DNA of 64,000 nt from the NCBI GenBank assembly GCA_039096225.1, contig JBBPEB010000002.1:1240001-1304000 (forward strand). The letters are read 5' to 3'. Positions within the stretch are counted from its first letter, which is position 1. Each line of letters starts with the position of its first letter. The position numbers were made by a program, and so were the translations under genes. The stretch is from Blastocystis sp. Blastoise. Taxonomy: Eukaryota; Protista; Bigyra: Opalinata. Shown in pieces: positions 30,175-45,200 of this stretch. The notes beneath the pieces were generated by a model. The model saw only the letters and a list, made by a program, of their open reading frames with translations. It did not search any database and was not told the origin of the DNA.

Positions 30175-32489
30175 TTATACATAAATATCTAGAATTATTT
30201 CATTTATTTATTTTTCACTTATTTTTCATTTTGCATTATTTTATTGTCGTGTTTTTCATATTTATTTTTTGTTATTAGTTTTATTCTTTCATTTATCTTC
30301 ATTCAAAATACCTGATGATTTATCCATATTCTCGACAAACATAATATATTAAATGCTACATAATTAATCAAATCATTGAACTGTTTTTTCATATTTTATA
30401 AAAATGTCACTTTTCTTTGAAAATTACTATAAAATATATACTAAACCTTATTTTAAAACAAACCTAGCAAAACATTTCAATCAAACATTTCAGAAATAAA
30501 CAAATTTCTAAACAATTTTTGCAAAATAGTTCCTTACTGACTCTGCTTTTTATCTCTATGAATGACAAAAACATCACTATTACCTTTGCCTATCAATTAT
30601 ACATACATACATCTATTCTTAATATGAAAACGAATTGATTTCTTTTTCATTTCTAGAGATGATAAATCCGTAATCTTTGGTAATTACCGATGGAAATTTC
30701 GTCGTAATTTTATATTTTTTCATGTGGAAATTACCACACAAGAATGATAAACCCATGATTATTTCTTTTTTAAAGGGGAAAATTTATAAGTGAATATAGG
30801 TAAATATTCTTCTATTTGACCTTCATCATTTTAAACAGTTCAAACAAGTGGTTGATCAATATGGAGGTGAAAAAGCATATAATGTTGGCATCCCTACATA
30901 GTTATATTGAGAAATTGAATTGTTTAGATCCAGATACACAAGAATACAAATGCCCAATTTGTTTAAGAACAAATATGAAAAATATTACTCGTTTCGTGAA
31001 TCACCTTTCAGATGAATACGTATTCAATAAATCAATCATGACAGATCAACAACTGATACTATGCGAAACTGCTAATTCAATATGTACACATCGTAACCAT
31101 AAAGTGCTTGAAGATAGAAGTAATACAGGTGATACCAATGCAATCTCTTCAAAACAATCTTTTGTAAATACCGAAAAATTTTATCATGATTTAATATGTT
31201 TCTTTTTAACAGCAAGTATATTATATTATATTATATTATATTATATTATATTATATTATATTATATTATATTATATTATATTATATTATATTATATTATA
31301 TTATATTATATATGATTAGATATTTCATTTTCAGAAATCAGTAATAAATATTTTGCAAAAATGTTACAAGACTTGGGTACAGAATGTAAACTACCAGATA
31401 GGCAAAAATTAAGTGGCAAATATTTAGAATCGGTTTTCACTCAAACGTTAAAAAGCCTCGGAGATATTTTAAAGAATGCCAAGCGTGTTTATTTATCTTT
31501 TGATGGTACATCAAATGTTAATCAGGAAAAATATATTAATGTAGTGGCAATCATTGAACATAAACCATATCTCTACAGTATGTATAATGTAACAGACTGT
31601 GGAGAAACGAGTGATACCATTGCTTATATTATTTATGATTGTATATCTCGAATCGGTTTCAATAAAGTAAAAGGAATTATATCAGATAACTGTAGTGTCA
31701 ATATTTCTAGTCGAGAAAAAGTAATCCAGAAAATTCATGATTCTCAGAATAGTATAAGATATAACTAGGGTCACGCCGCAGGTCCGGGGCCTAACGGCAC
31801 CGGACCGCGGCTGCATAAAATAATAACAGTTTGGCTTTTATTTTCTTTTTTTCATTATTATATATTACCTATTATATATTATTATTTATTATTTATTATC
31901 TATTATATATTATATATTATATATTATATATTATATATTATATATTATATATTACTTTAATAACACTTCTTATACTCTATATGGAGAGTTACAATCATTT
32001 ATTGATTGTAATCAGGTTCAATTCCTGATATAAGAATTAAATAAATTCTTTAAATGATATCAAAAAAACTAAAAACAATACTTGAAAGAAAATTAAAAAA
32101 CTATTTTGAATCATTATACATATTATTTATTATTTTTAAAATATATTTTGTATTTAGTAATAATTAAACAACTGTTTAAAACATTCTTTGAGTTTTTAAA
32201 GTCAATAACTTTAGAAATGAGTACCAATGTGAAGTAGTGTAAAGTATTTGTAATTCATAAAATTCATTTAAATAAACGTAATAAAATAATTTTAACTCAT
32301 TTTAATACTTCTTAAAAGAATTTTGAAGTTTTTAGTATAACAAAGTCAGCATTCATTCTAACTTTGACTAATAAAACATGGTTTAAAAAGTTAATATTTC
32401 TTCAGTTGTCTCAAATACTTATTTTAATCATAAATGACTCGAAAAAGTGACTTTTAAATAGACTTTACCCATTCAAGATCCACTGTATC

Positions 32490-33850
32490 AAAACAGTTTC
32501 CGTCAGTCTTTTGATATAGTATAGAGTTTATCATACTATTTATTAAATAAAAGTAAATGTTTTGAATCTCTTTCTTAAAGACCCTTTTTGACACATTATG
32601 AAAAGTTGACACACTTAAATTCATTTTTATAAGCTAATATTTACACACTATACTTAATAATACCATAGCTACACATTGGTCATCACTTTAAGACATTTCG
32701 TAAACCTTTTGCATTTGCTCATTTACTTTGACCAAAATATTTTCGTCCCTCCTTTTGATATAATATAGAGTGTGTGGTCTAGTTATATGAAAGTGAGAGG
32801 GAATTTTGAATCTCGTCCTCTAAGTCAAACATTTTCACATTTTTCAAAATTAAGACCCTTAGAGTTGATTTTTGAAGTTAATTTTTCTACAGTGTTCCAA
32901 AAACACGATTTTGCACAAACTGAAGTAAAAATATTTTTTCAATAACTCTCACAACCCTTTACACATCCACTCTCTAAAAATAGTTTTTGCTATATTTTTG
33001 ATATGTTGTAGAGTGTCTCTTAGTGTATACTGAACAATATCTCGTTTCTTAAAACTCTCATTTTATGACTCTCTTTGAACATATTTTTACTAATTGAAAG
33101 ACTTAAACACATTTTTAAAAGCTAATATTTACATAGTAGACTTTATATGACTCTATAATCACATTAGTCAACACTTTAGACTTATTAAGAAGACTTTACC
33201 ATTTGGTCATACACTTCGACCAAAATATTTTTGTCCCTCCTTTTAACATAATATAGATCATACACTCTAGTTTAATGAATAAAAGCTCTTATTTTGAATC
33301 TCGTTCTCTAAGTCACTCATTTTTACATTTTTCAAAATTTAAGACCCTTAGAGTTGTTTTTTTGACTCAATTTTTCTACAGTGCACGAAATTCACGATTT
33401 TATATAAACTGAAGTAAAAATAAATTTTAAATAATAGTCACAACCCTTCACACATCCACTCTCTAAAAATTATTTTCTTTGTACTTTTGATATGTTGTAG
33501 AGCTACTATAGCTGTACACTAATTAAAATCTATAAATTTTTTATTCATAGTTTAAGACTATGTTTTACACATTCTTTTGAATTTGACAACCTTAAACTAT
33601 TTATTTAAAGCTCTTATTCATAAAATAGACTTAATACATGATTCTAAACACATATGCAAACCCTTTTACTTTTTAAGACACATTTTGTCATTTGGTCATA
33701 CACTTTGACCTTCATAATTTTGACTCTTCTTTTGACATAGAATAGAGTATTATCTCTAGTTTACTAAATAAAAGTCATTATATTGAATCTCTCACTCTAA
33801 GACCACTTAATTCACATTTTTCAAAATTGTGACACTCAAACTCATTATTT
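32490..33850. repeat. Diverged tandem array, about 244-bp monomers in about 488-bp dimers, inside Helitron C
   Basis: Anchor TTTT(G/A)A(T/C)AT..TAGA recurs at about 32509, 32753, 32997, 33241, 33485 and 33730. Alternate monomers are far more similar to each other. Confidence 0.8.
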
Positions 33851-34265
33851 TAAAACTTTGTTTTAACTATAGTAGTTTGAGGACCTATTGATTACAATGC
33901 TGTAATATTAGTCCACTATAAGAAGATCGAAGAAAATATCGATCACTCAAAAATCGTCCTCAGGAGCTCAAAATTGGTACACCTAGGTTTTTTGACCTCC
34001 TGAATCAGAATATGCTGCCAAAATAAGAATCTAAATTTGACCGTTAAGGCCTCACGTGTTCAATATGAAAAAGTATTAAAAAATAGATAAATATAAAGAA
34101 TAAACACGGATAACGTATATTGTGGGATTGAGAAAAAATCAAGTTTACCCCATGTTTATTTTTCAATTGTCTGGTCAACAATTTTTATCGGGATGATCCC
34201 AAAGAGCCAATCAAAAACGACTCAAAAATCATGTTTTCTGTTTTTCTATTAATTACTTTTTAATA

Positions 34266-37200
34266 TCCTTAATTTAGCAGCCCAAAAGTACGGTGTCTCA
34301 CACATTTTTCGTATTATTGACTTTGTTATTAACTTTTATAAAATAAAAATAACATCAAAAAATCCGGAACACAATTCTAAAAATGACTGTTAAAGAAATT
34401 TTTCGAAAACTCTAAGTTTCTGGCTAAAAAACGCAAAAAACCATTTTCGCACAAAATTTTAACCAAAATTATTGGATTATTTTTATTTTATCCAATATTT
34501 TTCATTTTTATGAAAACACACATTTTTCGTTTTTCATTTTTTATTGTTTTCTTATTTTTCCTATATCTATTCACATACTTTATATTTATTTTTATAAAAT
34601 TAACTTTTATTGACGGGTTGGTCTTATATATAGTTTTGACGGGTAGATTCGTTTATATTTATGACTTGACAACATATCAATACACACATTACTAACTTTA
34701 AACTCTAAAACCATTTCATATGTAATGAATATGACCTCAACTACTCTGAAACAACAATAATTCCTTTAAATAACGACAAAAGACAAACTGATATCCAACA
34801 CATTCCTTTTATATAAACTTATTTGAGCTGTTTTATATTTATTTAACTCTATATCCATCATAAATGTGTTTTATATTTGTCATATACTTTTTAATAAAGA
34901 AGTATTAGCTTTTAAAATTTTTTCTTCTTTGATACCCAATTTTGTGATCTTGATATTTCTGTCAATATTCAAAATATAAAAAAAGTAAAAACATATCTTG
35001 AAACTAGATAACATAAATATGATGCATTTTTAATATTTTATCTAAATATTCAATATTGACTAAAATATCTACGTTTATATTAAAAACATAAAAATGAAAA
35101 TTTTCTAAAAAGGGTATATTTTGTGATTGTGATTTCTCAGTCAATATTTTATAAAATAATAAAGTTAAAACATATTTAGATATAAGACAACCAAAACATG
35201 ATGCGTTTTTGTCACTTTTTTAAATAATTAAAAAATGATGTTACAGGAGACAATAGTTGAACTCAATAAAAAAATAAGGTTCGAAATTTTTCTCAAAACT
35301 TTTTTATTTGTTTTTTGTCAATATTCTCATCAATAATAAATATTTTTGACATTTGACTTCATATTGAATCACTAAATACCAAAATAAACATATTTTACAA
35401 TTTTATTTTGTTTTTAAAAGACTTTGACAACAGATCACCAGACAATGTTAACTCAATAAACTCTTAAAACGTTTCAATTCGTGTTTAGAATCATATATGG
35501 ACACTTTGTGTGACTTATTTGAAAATTTTAAGACAACATGTTGAACTGATACAGACAATGTTTGTTCTAAAAAGTTAGTTATGAGTCATTATGAGTTGTA
35601 AATGTCATAAATAAGCTTTAAATAAATAAATATGTTTTTATAAGTCTTTAATTAGTGAAATAAATCGTTTAAAAAAAGAAAATGTTTTTGATACTATAAT
35701 TTATTTTGACAATTTCTCCATCAATATTAATTTTTAAAAAATAAATAAAACTTATTTATAAAATAGATAACCTATAGTTTTAATATTTATAAAAATTTTA
35801 TCTAAATATATAATAACTTTTGAGATAAAAAATTATATATGCAAAACATAAAAAAATTAATTTTTGAAAAAAGGGTATACTTTATAACATTAATTTCTCA
35901 GTCAATATTTAATTATTTTAAATAATTTTAACAAATAAATATAGAGAATAAAACATATTAATAATATAAGTTTTAATATTTAAAATTAATTAAGAAATGA
36001 GTTTAGTAGAGTCAATAGTATAACATGTTAAAAAACTGAAAATTGAAAAATCATTTTTCTAAAAATTTTCCGAAAGTTGACAAATCAAATTCATATTTGA
36101 CAATTAATTTTTATATATTTGAAAACTAGAGTATATGTGTATTGCATTTCTAAAAGAAATAGTCAAAAGTGGAGTTGAGGAGTGAATGACAAACTGGACA
36201 TGTTGGCTCTAAAGTTGTTAAAAAGTAGTCAAATATGTCTTGAAGGATACATATAGTCTAATGTGTAAATATTACGTCTAAATATCAAATTTTAAGGTTA
36301 AAACAGTTTTGAATTGTGTGTTTACGTGCCTTAAAACAAGAGATTCAATTCACTGTTTGTAAAATTAATTATTAGAGTGTTTAATACTGTTATTAGTCAA
36401 AACATTATTGGAAATAAACGTGGTTGTTTTTTTACCTATGTGTCAAAATGTGTATACTTTTGATTAATAAAGATTAAAACTACTAGGCTGTAGTTATAGC
36501 GTTTATTACATAAATGGTTTTGCTTATCTAATATTATAGATACCCCAAATATATATATATTTTTACAATTTATTATTTATTAAAAGTGATTCCATATATG
36601 AGAATCATAAGTGAATAACAAACTATTACCAGCAGTACTTTATAGCATATTTAATATCAATGACCATGTTTGAGTCAGTCTTAAAAATAAGAATGCATTC
36701 TATAACATGTGTCAACATCATGTTTGTTCAGTTTAGTAAACTACAATGGCTGTAAACGATTACTATGACGTAGGAAGTCCTTTTTATTTTATGATACTGA
36801 CAATTCTTTACTCATTTACGTGTTTTTATTTATCTATTTAAAAAAGCAATACTTTTCAAAATCTGGCTAAATACGGTTTTAGTAATTATAACTAAATTTA
36901 GACTTCACCACAATCAGGATTTACACACACTACATGCTTCCATTTGAAGCTATAAAGTTATTTGATATGATACAAACAAATTGGCGGATTTTGTTCATAA
37001 TTTCTACTACTATGCCTTTATATTTGCTTCTGTTGACTTCATGAATCAAACCAGTGTTAGATTTATAAAATGGATATATTCTTTTTAAATATTTATTTAA
37101 GAAAAGACATTTTAAAACTGATCTTCCAGCTGAAAGTTTGTTTTTTGAAGGTCATCTACTAAAACAAAAACATGGGGAAAAAGATTTTTTCACTCTATTA

Positions 37201-38079
37201 TTTATTATTAACAAGAATATAAGAACTATTATCTTATAAATAATATCTTCTGTCAAAGAAAAACATATATATTAATAAGCTATCATGACATTTGGCAAAG
37301 AGTATTCAAAGAAAAAGCAACACAAAGAAGATATGCAACAACGCAGATCTCAAAGCTGTATGTTTTTCTTATATATCTTACCATTCTGTCACATATTTTA
37401 TTATATATATCAATATATTCATGTTTTATCTTTACATGTATATAGCTCAGCAAGAAATAGATGTATCTCAGGTTTCAACAACAACTGAAGGTATATTCTT
37501 ATACTCCATTATTCTAAATATATAATGTATCTTTAGAATCAGCAGAATCAGTTAATATTGATAAACAGAGGGACAATAAGAAGTCAGAAGATTTAGAGTC
37601 TCAAGACAATGCAGCTCAAAATCCAACTGGGAGTGAAGCTAAACGTAACAATAGCAATATTGCAACAATTGCATCAGGTATATATATTTTATTTCTTTAT
37701 TATAATTTTTTTAACAACACGAATGTTTTAAATATTTTTATTTTTTATATTATATAGTAATGGATTCAATGATTCTATCTATAAGTCAATCGTCAACTCA
37801 AGAAAACAGTCATGTTATAGAGAGTATATATATATCATAATAATTATTAATATTGCATTCATTATTGTCAATTATAATTAACATTATTATTCATATAAAG
37901 ATAATAACAATGTTTTATATATTATTTTTATTTTATTTATATATATATATATATTTTCAATATTTTATTTTATTATTATCTTTGTTATTACTTTATATAT
38001 ATAATTACTATTCTTATACTTATTACTTAGAACAAATAAGTAAGACAACAGATGATTTAATGGCTACAAATAAAGATGG

Positions 38080-38155
<76 letters not shown>

Positions 38156-39228
38156 TATAGCAACAAATAAAGTAGAAAACGTGGGAATAGAAAGTATTTA
38201 CCATTATTAATCATAAATATATCTAAACTATATATAATAATAATATAATCATAATTTTTTAAATATTATATTAAATGAATACTGTATATATATATATATA
38301 TATTTAGAAAAAAAAAGCAGACCAAAATAAATTATTATCTTCTTCAAAAGAATCTATTGATGAATCGTCACTTATTCTTCCATTACCATTATCAAAAATG
38401 AAACATTATAAACCTATATCACTTCCTGATCTTTCACCTGTGCGAGAATGTATATATAATTTACTGTGATTACTTTCTTTTAGAAATTCTTACTATTTCA
38501 TTAATTATCCGCTATTATAATATAAGTATAATTTCAAATCTCGCTACTCTTATTATTATTTAGGTAATAAAAATAATTCTGTAAGTAAAAAGATTTCGGA
38601 TTTGAATAAGCCTTCAAAAGATATTGGTATAACATTTATTATTAATAAATTAATTACTCTCCATAGGTATTAAATCAAAATCAAATAACAATGATTTATT
38701 AAATAACAAGAAATGTACCAATAGTACAGTTAGTATATAATTATTACTTATTTTTTATAATACTTATTTTTGTATAGGTGATAAAAATATTCAGGAAAAT
38801 AAGGAGTTACTTGGCAATAATAAACCTTCAAATACTCCCAGTAGTATGTACAATAGAATATATGTTTATTAATTCTCATATTATTATTTCTATTATTGTT
38901 ACTAAAGTATTCTATTGTTATTTATTTTCATTATATCTACTATTGTTCCTATCATAATATTCTATTATTATAATTTATTTCTTTATTAGTATTATTTCTC
39001 GATACATTATAAGCAAATATCTATTAATATAAAAATGATTACATTAAATATTTAACTCAATATATAACTATATTATTATTCATTTATTATTTTTTTTTAT
39101 TATATCTTATATTAATTATTTATTTTATATTCTAATACTGATATATCTATTACTGTAATATATAGGTATTAAAAATAAAAACAGCATTGTAGAAGCACCT
39201 AAAACCAATAACATTTCATCATTGAATA

Positions 39229-39279
<51 letters not shown>

Positions 39280-42200
39280 AAAAACAATTCATTTTAGATA
39301 TACAAAAAAGTAATACGAATATGGTTTCTTCTCAAATATTAAATTCATCTCAACGTATACATTTTTATTTATTTCTACTATTATTATATATTTATGTTTA
39401 TGTGATAATTATTTTGTAATAATTATTCTTTATTTCTTAAATAGTATTATTACAATTTTTCTATATTATTATTATATTTTTATTTATCAAAATATGTACA
39501 ATTATTAGTATATTCAAATAAAAATAATCATCATGAAACATTTATATTTATATTATATTAATACTAATGAATATATTATTTCTTTTTTCTTTATACATTT
39601 ATAGGTATTCATGATAAAAGTTATAATAATAGATATAAAGAAGATAAAACTCCTAGCGGTATTGATTCAAATGAAAGGAATAAAGAAAAAATAAATAGTG
39701 ATAAAGATTATTTAGGTATATTATTTAAATATATATATATAAGATAATATCTATAGTTCATTCTAAATTTATAGATATAGATCAATCAGACTGTGGTAAT
39801 TTTTATATTTGATAATAATTTTTATTACTTTTCTTATAAATATATAGATGAATATCCAGTTCTTCACAGTTTTTCTTCTGCTCCTCCTCTTGAATCATCT
39901 AAACAAATAGGTATGAATATATATATATATATATATATATTTTCTATATTGTAAATTTTATATTGAAATTATTTTTTTATTTTTTTTATATGAATTATAG
40001 GTATAAATAATGACGATAAAAATGATAATCCAATTGAATTTAAAAAGATATTAAGTTTATCAGATTATGTCTCTTTTAAACAAAAAGAAAGGAAAGAAGC
40101 TATTGATGTAACTAATACTACTACTAATAATTCAAAAGATATATATAATTCTTCTAATATTACTTCTGCTTCTGATAATAAACTTAATGAAAATTCAGCG
40201 AAAGATGGATCGGCGGAAAAGAAAAATAAGAAACATAAAAAAGCAAAGAAACACAAATATGGAAATATATCAAACCAAAATTGTAATACTAATCTGAATA
40301 CGAAGAATTTCTCAAAATATGGTGTTAGTATATCTAACAAAGGTATATATATATATTTTTTATATGAATTATTTATTTTTTATAGGCTATAAAAATGCAA
40401 CAAATAGAATAGAATTCGATAGAAGTACTATGCTGAGCGTTAGTGGGATGCATTATTGTATATATATATAAATATGTATATTATGTATTCATTATTATTG
40501 TTATCATTTTTTATTATTCTAGCTAAAGAAATACTTAATGATTTAATTCCACAAACTCTAGAAGTTTTATCGAAGGTTTTTGGCTTTACAAATTCAGGTA
40601 AGTAATTATATTAATTTCATATAGTAATATATATATAATGTTTCATGAATATGTTGGTTTATTATTATTATTTCTATGACTATTATGACTATTATGACTA
40701 TTATAATTATTTTTATGACTATTCTTATGGATATTTTTATGACTATTTTAATGATTATTTTTATGACTTTTTTCATTATTATTTCCATGATTATTATGAT
40801 TATGACTATTTGAATGATTATTTTAATGATGATTTTAATGATTATTTTTATGATTATATATTTCTTTAGATTCTCTTAATGAGAATAATCATGGGAATGT
40901 CACAAATGAAATAATACTTAGAAATCAAAGCTCTTTATTCAGTTTTAGATCAAATGATGATTCCACTTTGGAATCAAAGATCGATAGTATATATATATAT
41001 ATATTATTTTGATATAATTTAATATTTTTATTATATTTCTTAATATTCTTTTTTTTTAGATAATAAAACAATAAAAAGAACAGCAAGAAATGATATGAAA
41101 GCAAAACTTTTGAAAACATTTTTGGAGAATAGTGACTCTGATAGTATGTACTAATTAAATATATATTTCATATTATAATTTTATTTATTTAATTGTTAAT
41201 TAATTATTTTCTATATTTATTTTTATTAACCTTTTTTTTTTTGAATGTTTTCAAATTAAATGATTGTTTTTTAAATTAATGAATAAAATTTTAGTTTTTA
41301 AAACATTAAAAATATATTACAACATAAGAAATGTTTATATAATAATTTCCATAGTCAGTTTTTAACATGTTTTACTTTTTTTTTCTTTTATTAGGATTTT
41401 TCTTTCATTTAACAATATTTTTAGACTATTCAATAATATATATAGGTGAAAAAAATAAAAACAAAAAAATATCAATTAATGATACTGAAAAACATGTTTT
41501 ATCGACACAGTTGTTCCCTGATTTAATGAGTAATAAAGAGATATTGCAAAGAAGTTTAACACATTATGAACCTAGCTTAACTAATAGAGATTCAAATGAA
41601 TATAATAATAATAGAAATGATAAAAAATATTTTATAGTATCTAATCTCAATAAAACAGATGACAATGAATGTATTTGTTCTGATTATCAATCGGTAATCG
41701 AAAACAATGATGACACTGAATTTAACAAAAATGTTACTGATAACTTTGAGTTCCAAATTAATAATGGTATACACGATTTAATTGATGATGACTTTCATGA
41801 TGAAAAAAATGTTGAAGATTTAAATCAGGATAAAGAAACTATTAATAGTAACAACTCACAAAATAATACTTTTCCAACTTATAACAACATTATTGATTCC
41901 AATGACTTAAATTTGACAGTACATTTGGAAGATATAAATATCACAAACAATAATATAATTGAAAATAGAGAAAAATCATCATCTGAATCAATAATCAATG
42001 ACGAAGCACTTGCTTTATATAATAACATGGATATTATTGATATGAATAATAGTATCTCTAGGAACTTAAATGACATAACGACATCTAATGTTAATGATCA
42101 TTCTGAAGTAACTATTAATGATGAAAATATGATAGAAATGAATGACGTTGAAAATAGGATAATAATAGTACCTCATAGTGTAAATAACTTAATAGAATTG

Positions 42201-45200
42201 GATAATAATAATATAAACGAAGAAAATGTTGCTAACAGCATAAATTTACTAAGTGAACAAAACGATGATTACATAATAAATAATCATGATATTAGTGATC
42301 AATTAACTAATGATGAGAATAATCAAAATCTATCAAGTAATTACAACTTTAATTATATTTTTTTGTTTTTATAACAGTTTTTTTTAATATAAATATATAT
42401 TATATGTTTGATATAATTATGAATTATAAATAATAATATATAGATATACTTCTAGACAATAACGATGAATTAAATAATTTAATTTTTACAAGAAGAGACA
42501 TTTTGGCTTTTTCTCCAATAAGTATGAATAATAGTAATATATTGTTTTTAAATATGAATCTTGAAAAATATTAAACAATTCTTTTATATATAGGAAGCTC
42601 ATATCAAATAATTGATGAAAATGATAATAAGTATGACTATTATGACTTGGGTAAAATGATATTTAAATGTTCATGTTGTAATGCTTTACATTTTGAACAT
42701 GAAAGAAACAACTTTAAGTTTTCAACTAATTATGATACAACATTTTTTGAAGAACCATCAAATTCATATAATGATACAATAAATAATACAATAATATATA
42801 CAAAAAGAAGAAGACAATGGACACTTGACACAGAAGGAAATATTATATTAAAGAATAGTCAATATAGTGGTTGTTGTCGTAGTGGAAAAGTACGTTTAGG
42901 TTCATTATCAGAGCCAGATATATCAATACAAAACTTATTGAATGATAATACAGATTCTTCAAAACAATTTAAGAAAGATATTCGTAGGTATAATAATTCA
43001 ATAGCTTTTGCTTCTATGTCATGTACTGATACACAAACAAGATTAGATAATAATGGAATATATTTCTATAAAGTACATGGAAATATATATCATTCTATGG
43101 CAGATTTATATCCTCCTGAAGGTATTACTCCTAATTATAATCAAATATATATTTATGATCAAGAAGAAGCTTTTCAACTTCGATCAAATAATCAATATTA
43201 TGATAATTTAAATACAGAAATAATGAGAGTATTACATAATTCATTATTAAATAATGAATTAATGAATGCTTTTAAGACATTACATGAAGAAGTAACTACT
43301 GCTACAAATAATAATAATAATCTTCATATATCACAAGTAGATGTTTCATTAAAATTCAAAACATTACATTCAGATGATCAAAGAAGATATAATACTCCTT
43401 CTGCTTCTCATGAAATAGCACTTATAGTTCCTATTAATTCTATGGAAACATTTCCTCATACAGAATTTAGATGCTATCCAAGAATTCATCTTAATAATAA
43501 TAATAATACAAATCATATGAATATGAATGAAGAAATAAGACAACATTTCACAAGAATGAAATATGATAATCCATTTTGTGATCCTATGGTTTATCCTATA
43601 TTTTATCCCACAGGAATTCCATTATTTATTCTTGCATCTAAAAGTGAGTTAAGAAGAAATCCTAATTATATTCCAAGAAGAAATAATAATATAGAAATAC
43701 ATTCTCAAATCAATTCAAATACAATAGAAAATACTAACATTCAAGTAGAACAAATAGAAAGAGAATCAAATAGAAATAGTAGATATAATAATAGAAATCA
43801 ATTATTAGATAATGAAGAAGATGAAATAGATAATGATGATAGAGAGTCTTCAAGACAAACTCATGATGATTTTTCAAAATCAATTACTTTATTAGCTAAT
43901 TATCAACAATTTAATAATGAAGGATATCCTATAGATTTAATAGGAAATCCTGTATATGAGAAATCATCTTTTACTTTAAAAGATTTTTATTCTTTTCTTT
44001 GTTTTCCAAGATCATTTCCTAATAAGAATTATTTCTTATCAGGAGGAAAATTATTCTTACAATATATTGTAGATGCTTATTCTAAAATAGAAGAACAACG
44101 ATTATCATTTATAGAAATGAATCAATCAAAATTAAGAGCAGAATCTTATAATGTGTTACGACAATATAATCAGAGAAGAAGAGAACAAGTAACAGATGAA
44201 GAAGTAACAAATGGAATAGGAAAACCTATTATATTAAATAGTGGTTTTGTAGGAGGACCTAGATATATGAAAGGAGCTTATTTAGATGCAATGACAATAG
44301 TAAGATATTATGGTAAACCAGATTATTTTATTACTTTTACATGTAATCCAAAATGGAAAGAAATAGTAGATAATTTATATCCTAATCAAGAAGCATGGGA
44401 AAGACCTGATTTAGTTTGTAGAGTATTTGCAATTAAATTGAAATATTTATATCATTTATTAAAAGATGAGAATGTATTTGGTAAAGCACAAGCTATTACT
44501 TATACTGTTGAATTTCAAAAGAGAGGATTACCTCATGCTCATATCTTATTGAATGTTGAACAACAAGATAAAATACATGATACTAATGAACTTGATTCTA
44601 TTATATGTGCTTATCTTCCTGATGAAGAAAAGAATCCTAGATTATTTAAAATAGTAAGTACAATGAATATACATGGTCCTCATGTATCTAATTCTCCATG
44701 TTTAGATTCTCATGGAATATGTAAGAAAGGATTTCCTAAACCATTTCAAGAATGTACTACAATTCCTAATGATTCTTATCCTTTATATTTTAGACCAAAT
44801 GATGGAAGAAAAGTAGTATTTCATCGTACTAATGGTGATTTAGAAGCTACTAATGAATATGTTGTTCCATATAATCCATATTTATCACTCAAATTAGAAG
44901 CACATATTAATGTTGAAGCAGTTTATAGTTTACATACAGTAAAATATCTATATAAATATACAACAAAAGGTCATGATTCAATGAGAGCTGAATTATCAGC
45001 TTCTTCAAATGAAACAAATAATAATGAAGTTAAACAATATTTAGATGCAAGATATATATCATCAACTGAAGCAGTTTGGAGAATATTAGGATTTCCTATA
45101 GTACAATCAAATATAGCTGTTCAAATATTATTGATTCATGATGAGAATGATAAGAATATAGTATATACAGATGGTTCAGAAGAACAAGCAGAAGAAATAC

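Noticed and set aside
32490-33850. CRISPR-like array
   Set aside because: Long diverged monomers with no repeat-spacer structure, eukaryotic context and no cas genes.
38305-38321. Apparent frameshift in the RepHel upstream exon chain (A9 after the first AG)
   Set aside because: The CAG at 38318-38320 gives an in-frame phase-1 acceptor, and a homopolymer error is also possible. Not evidence of inactivation.
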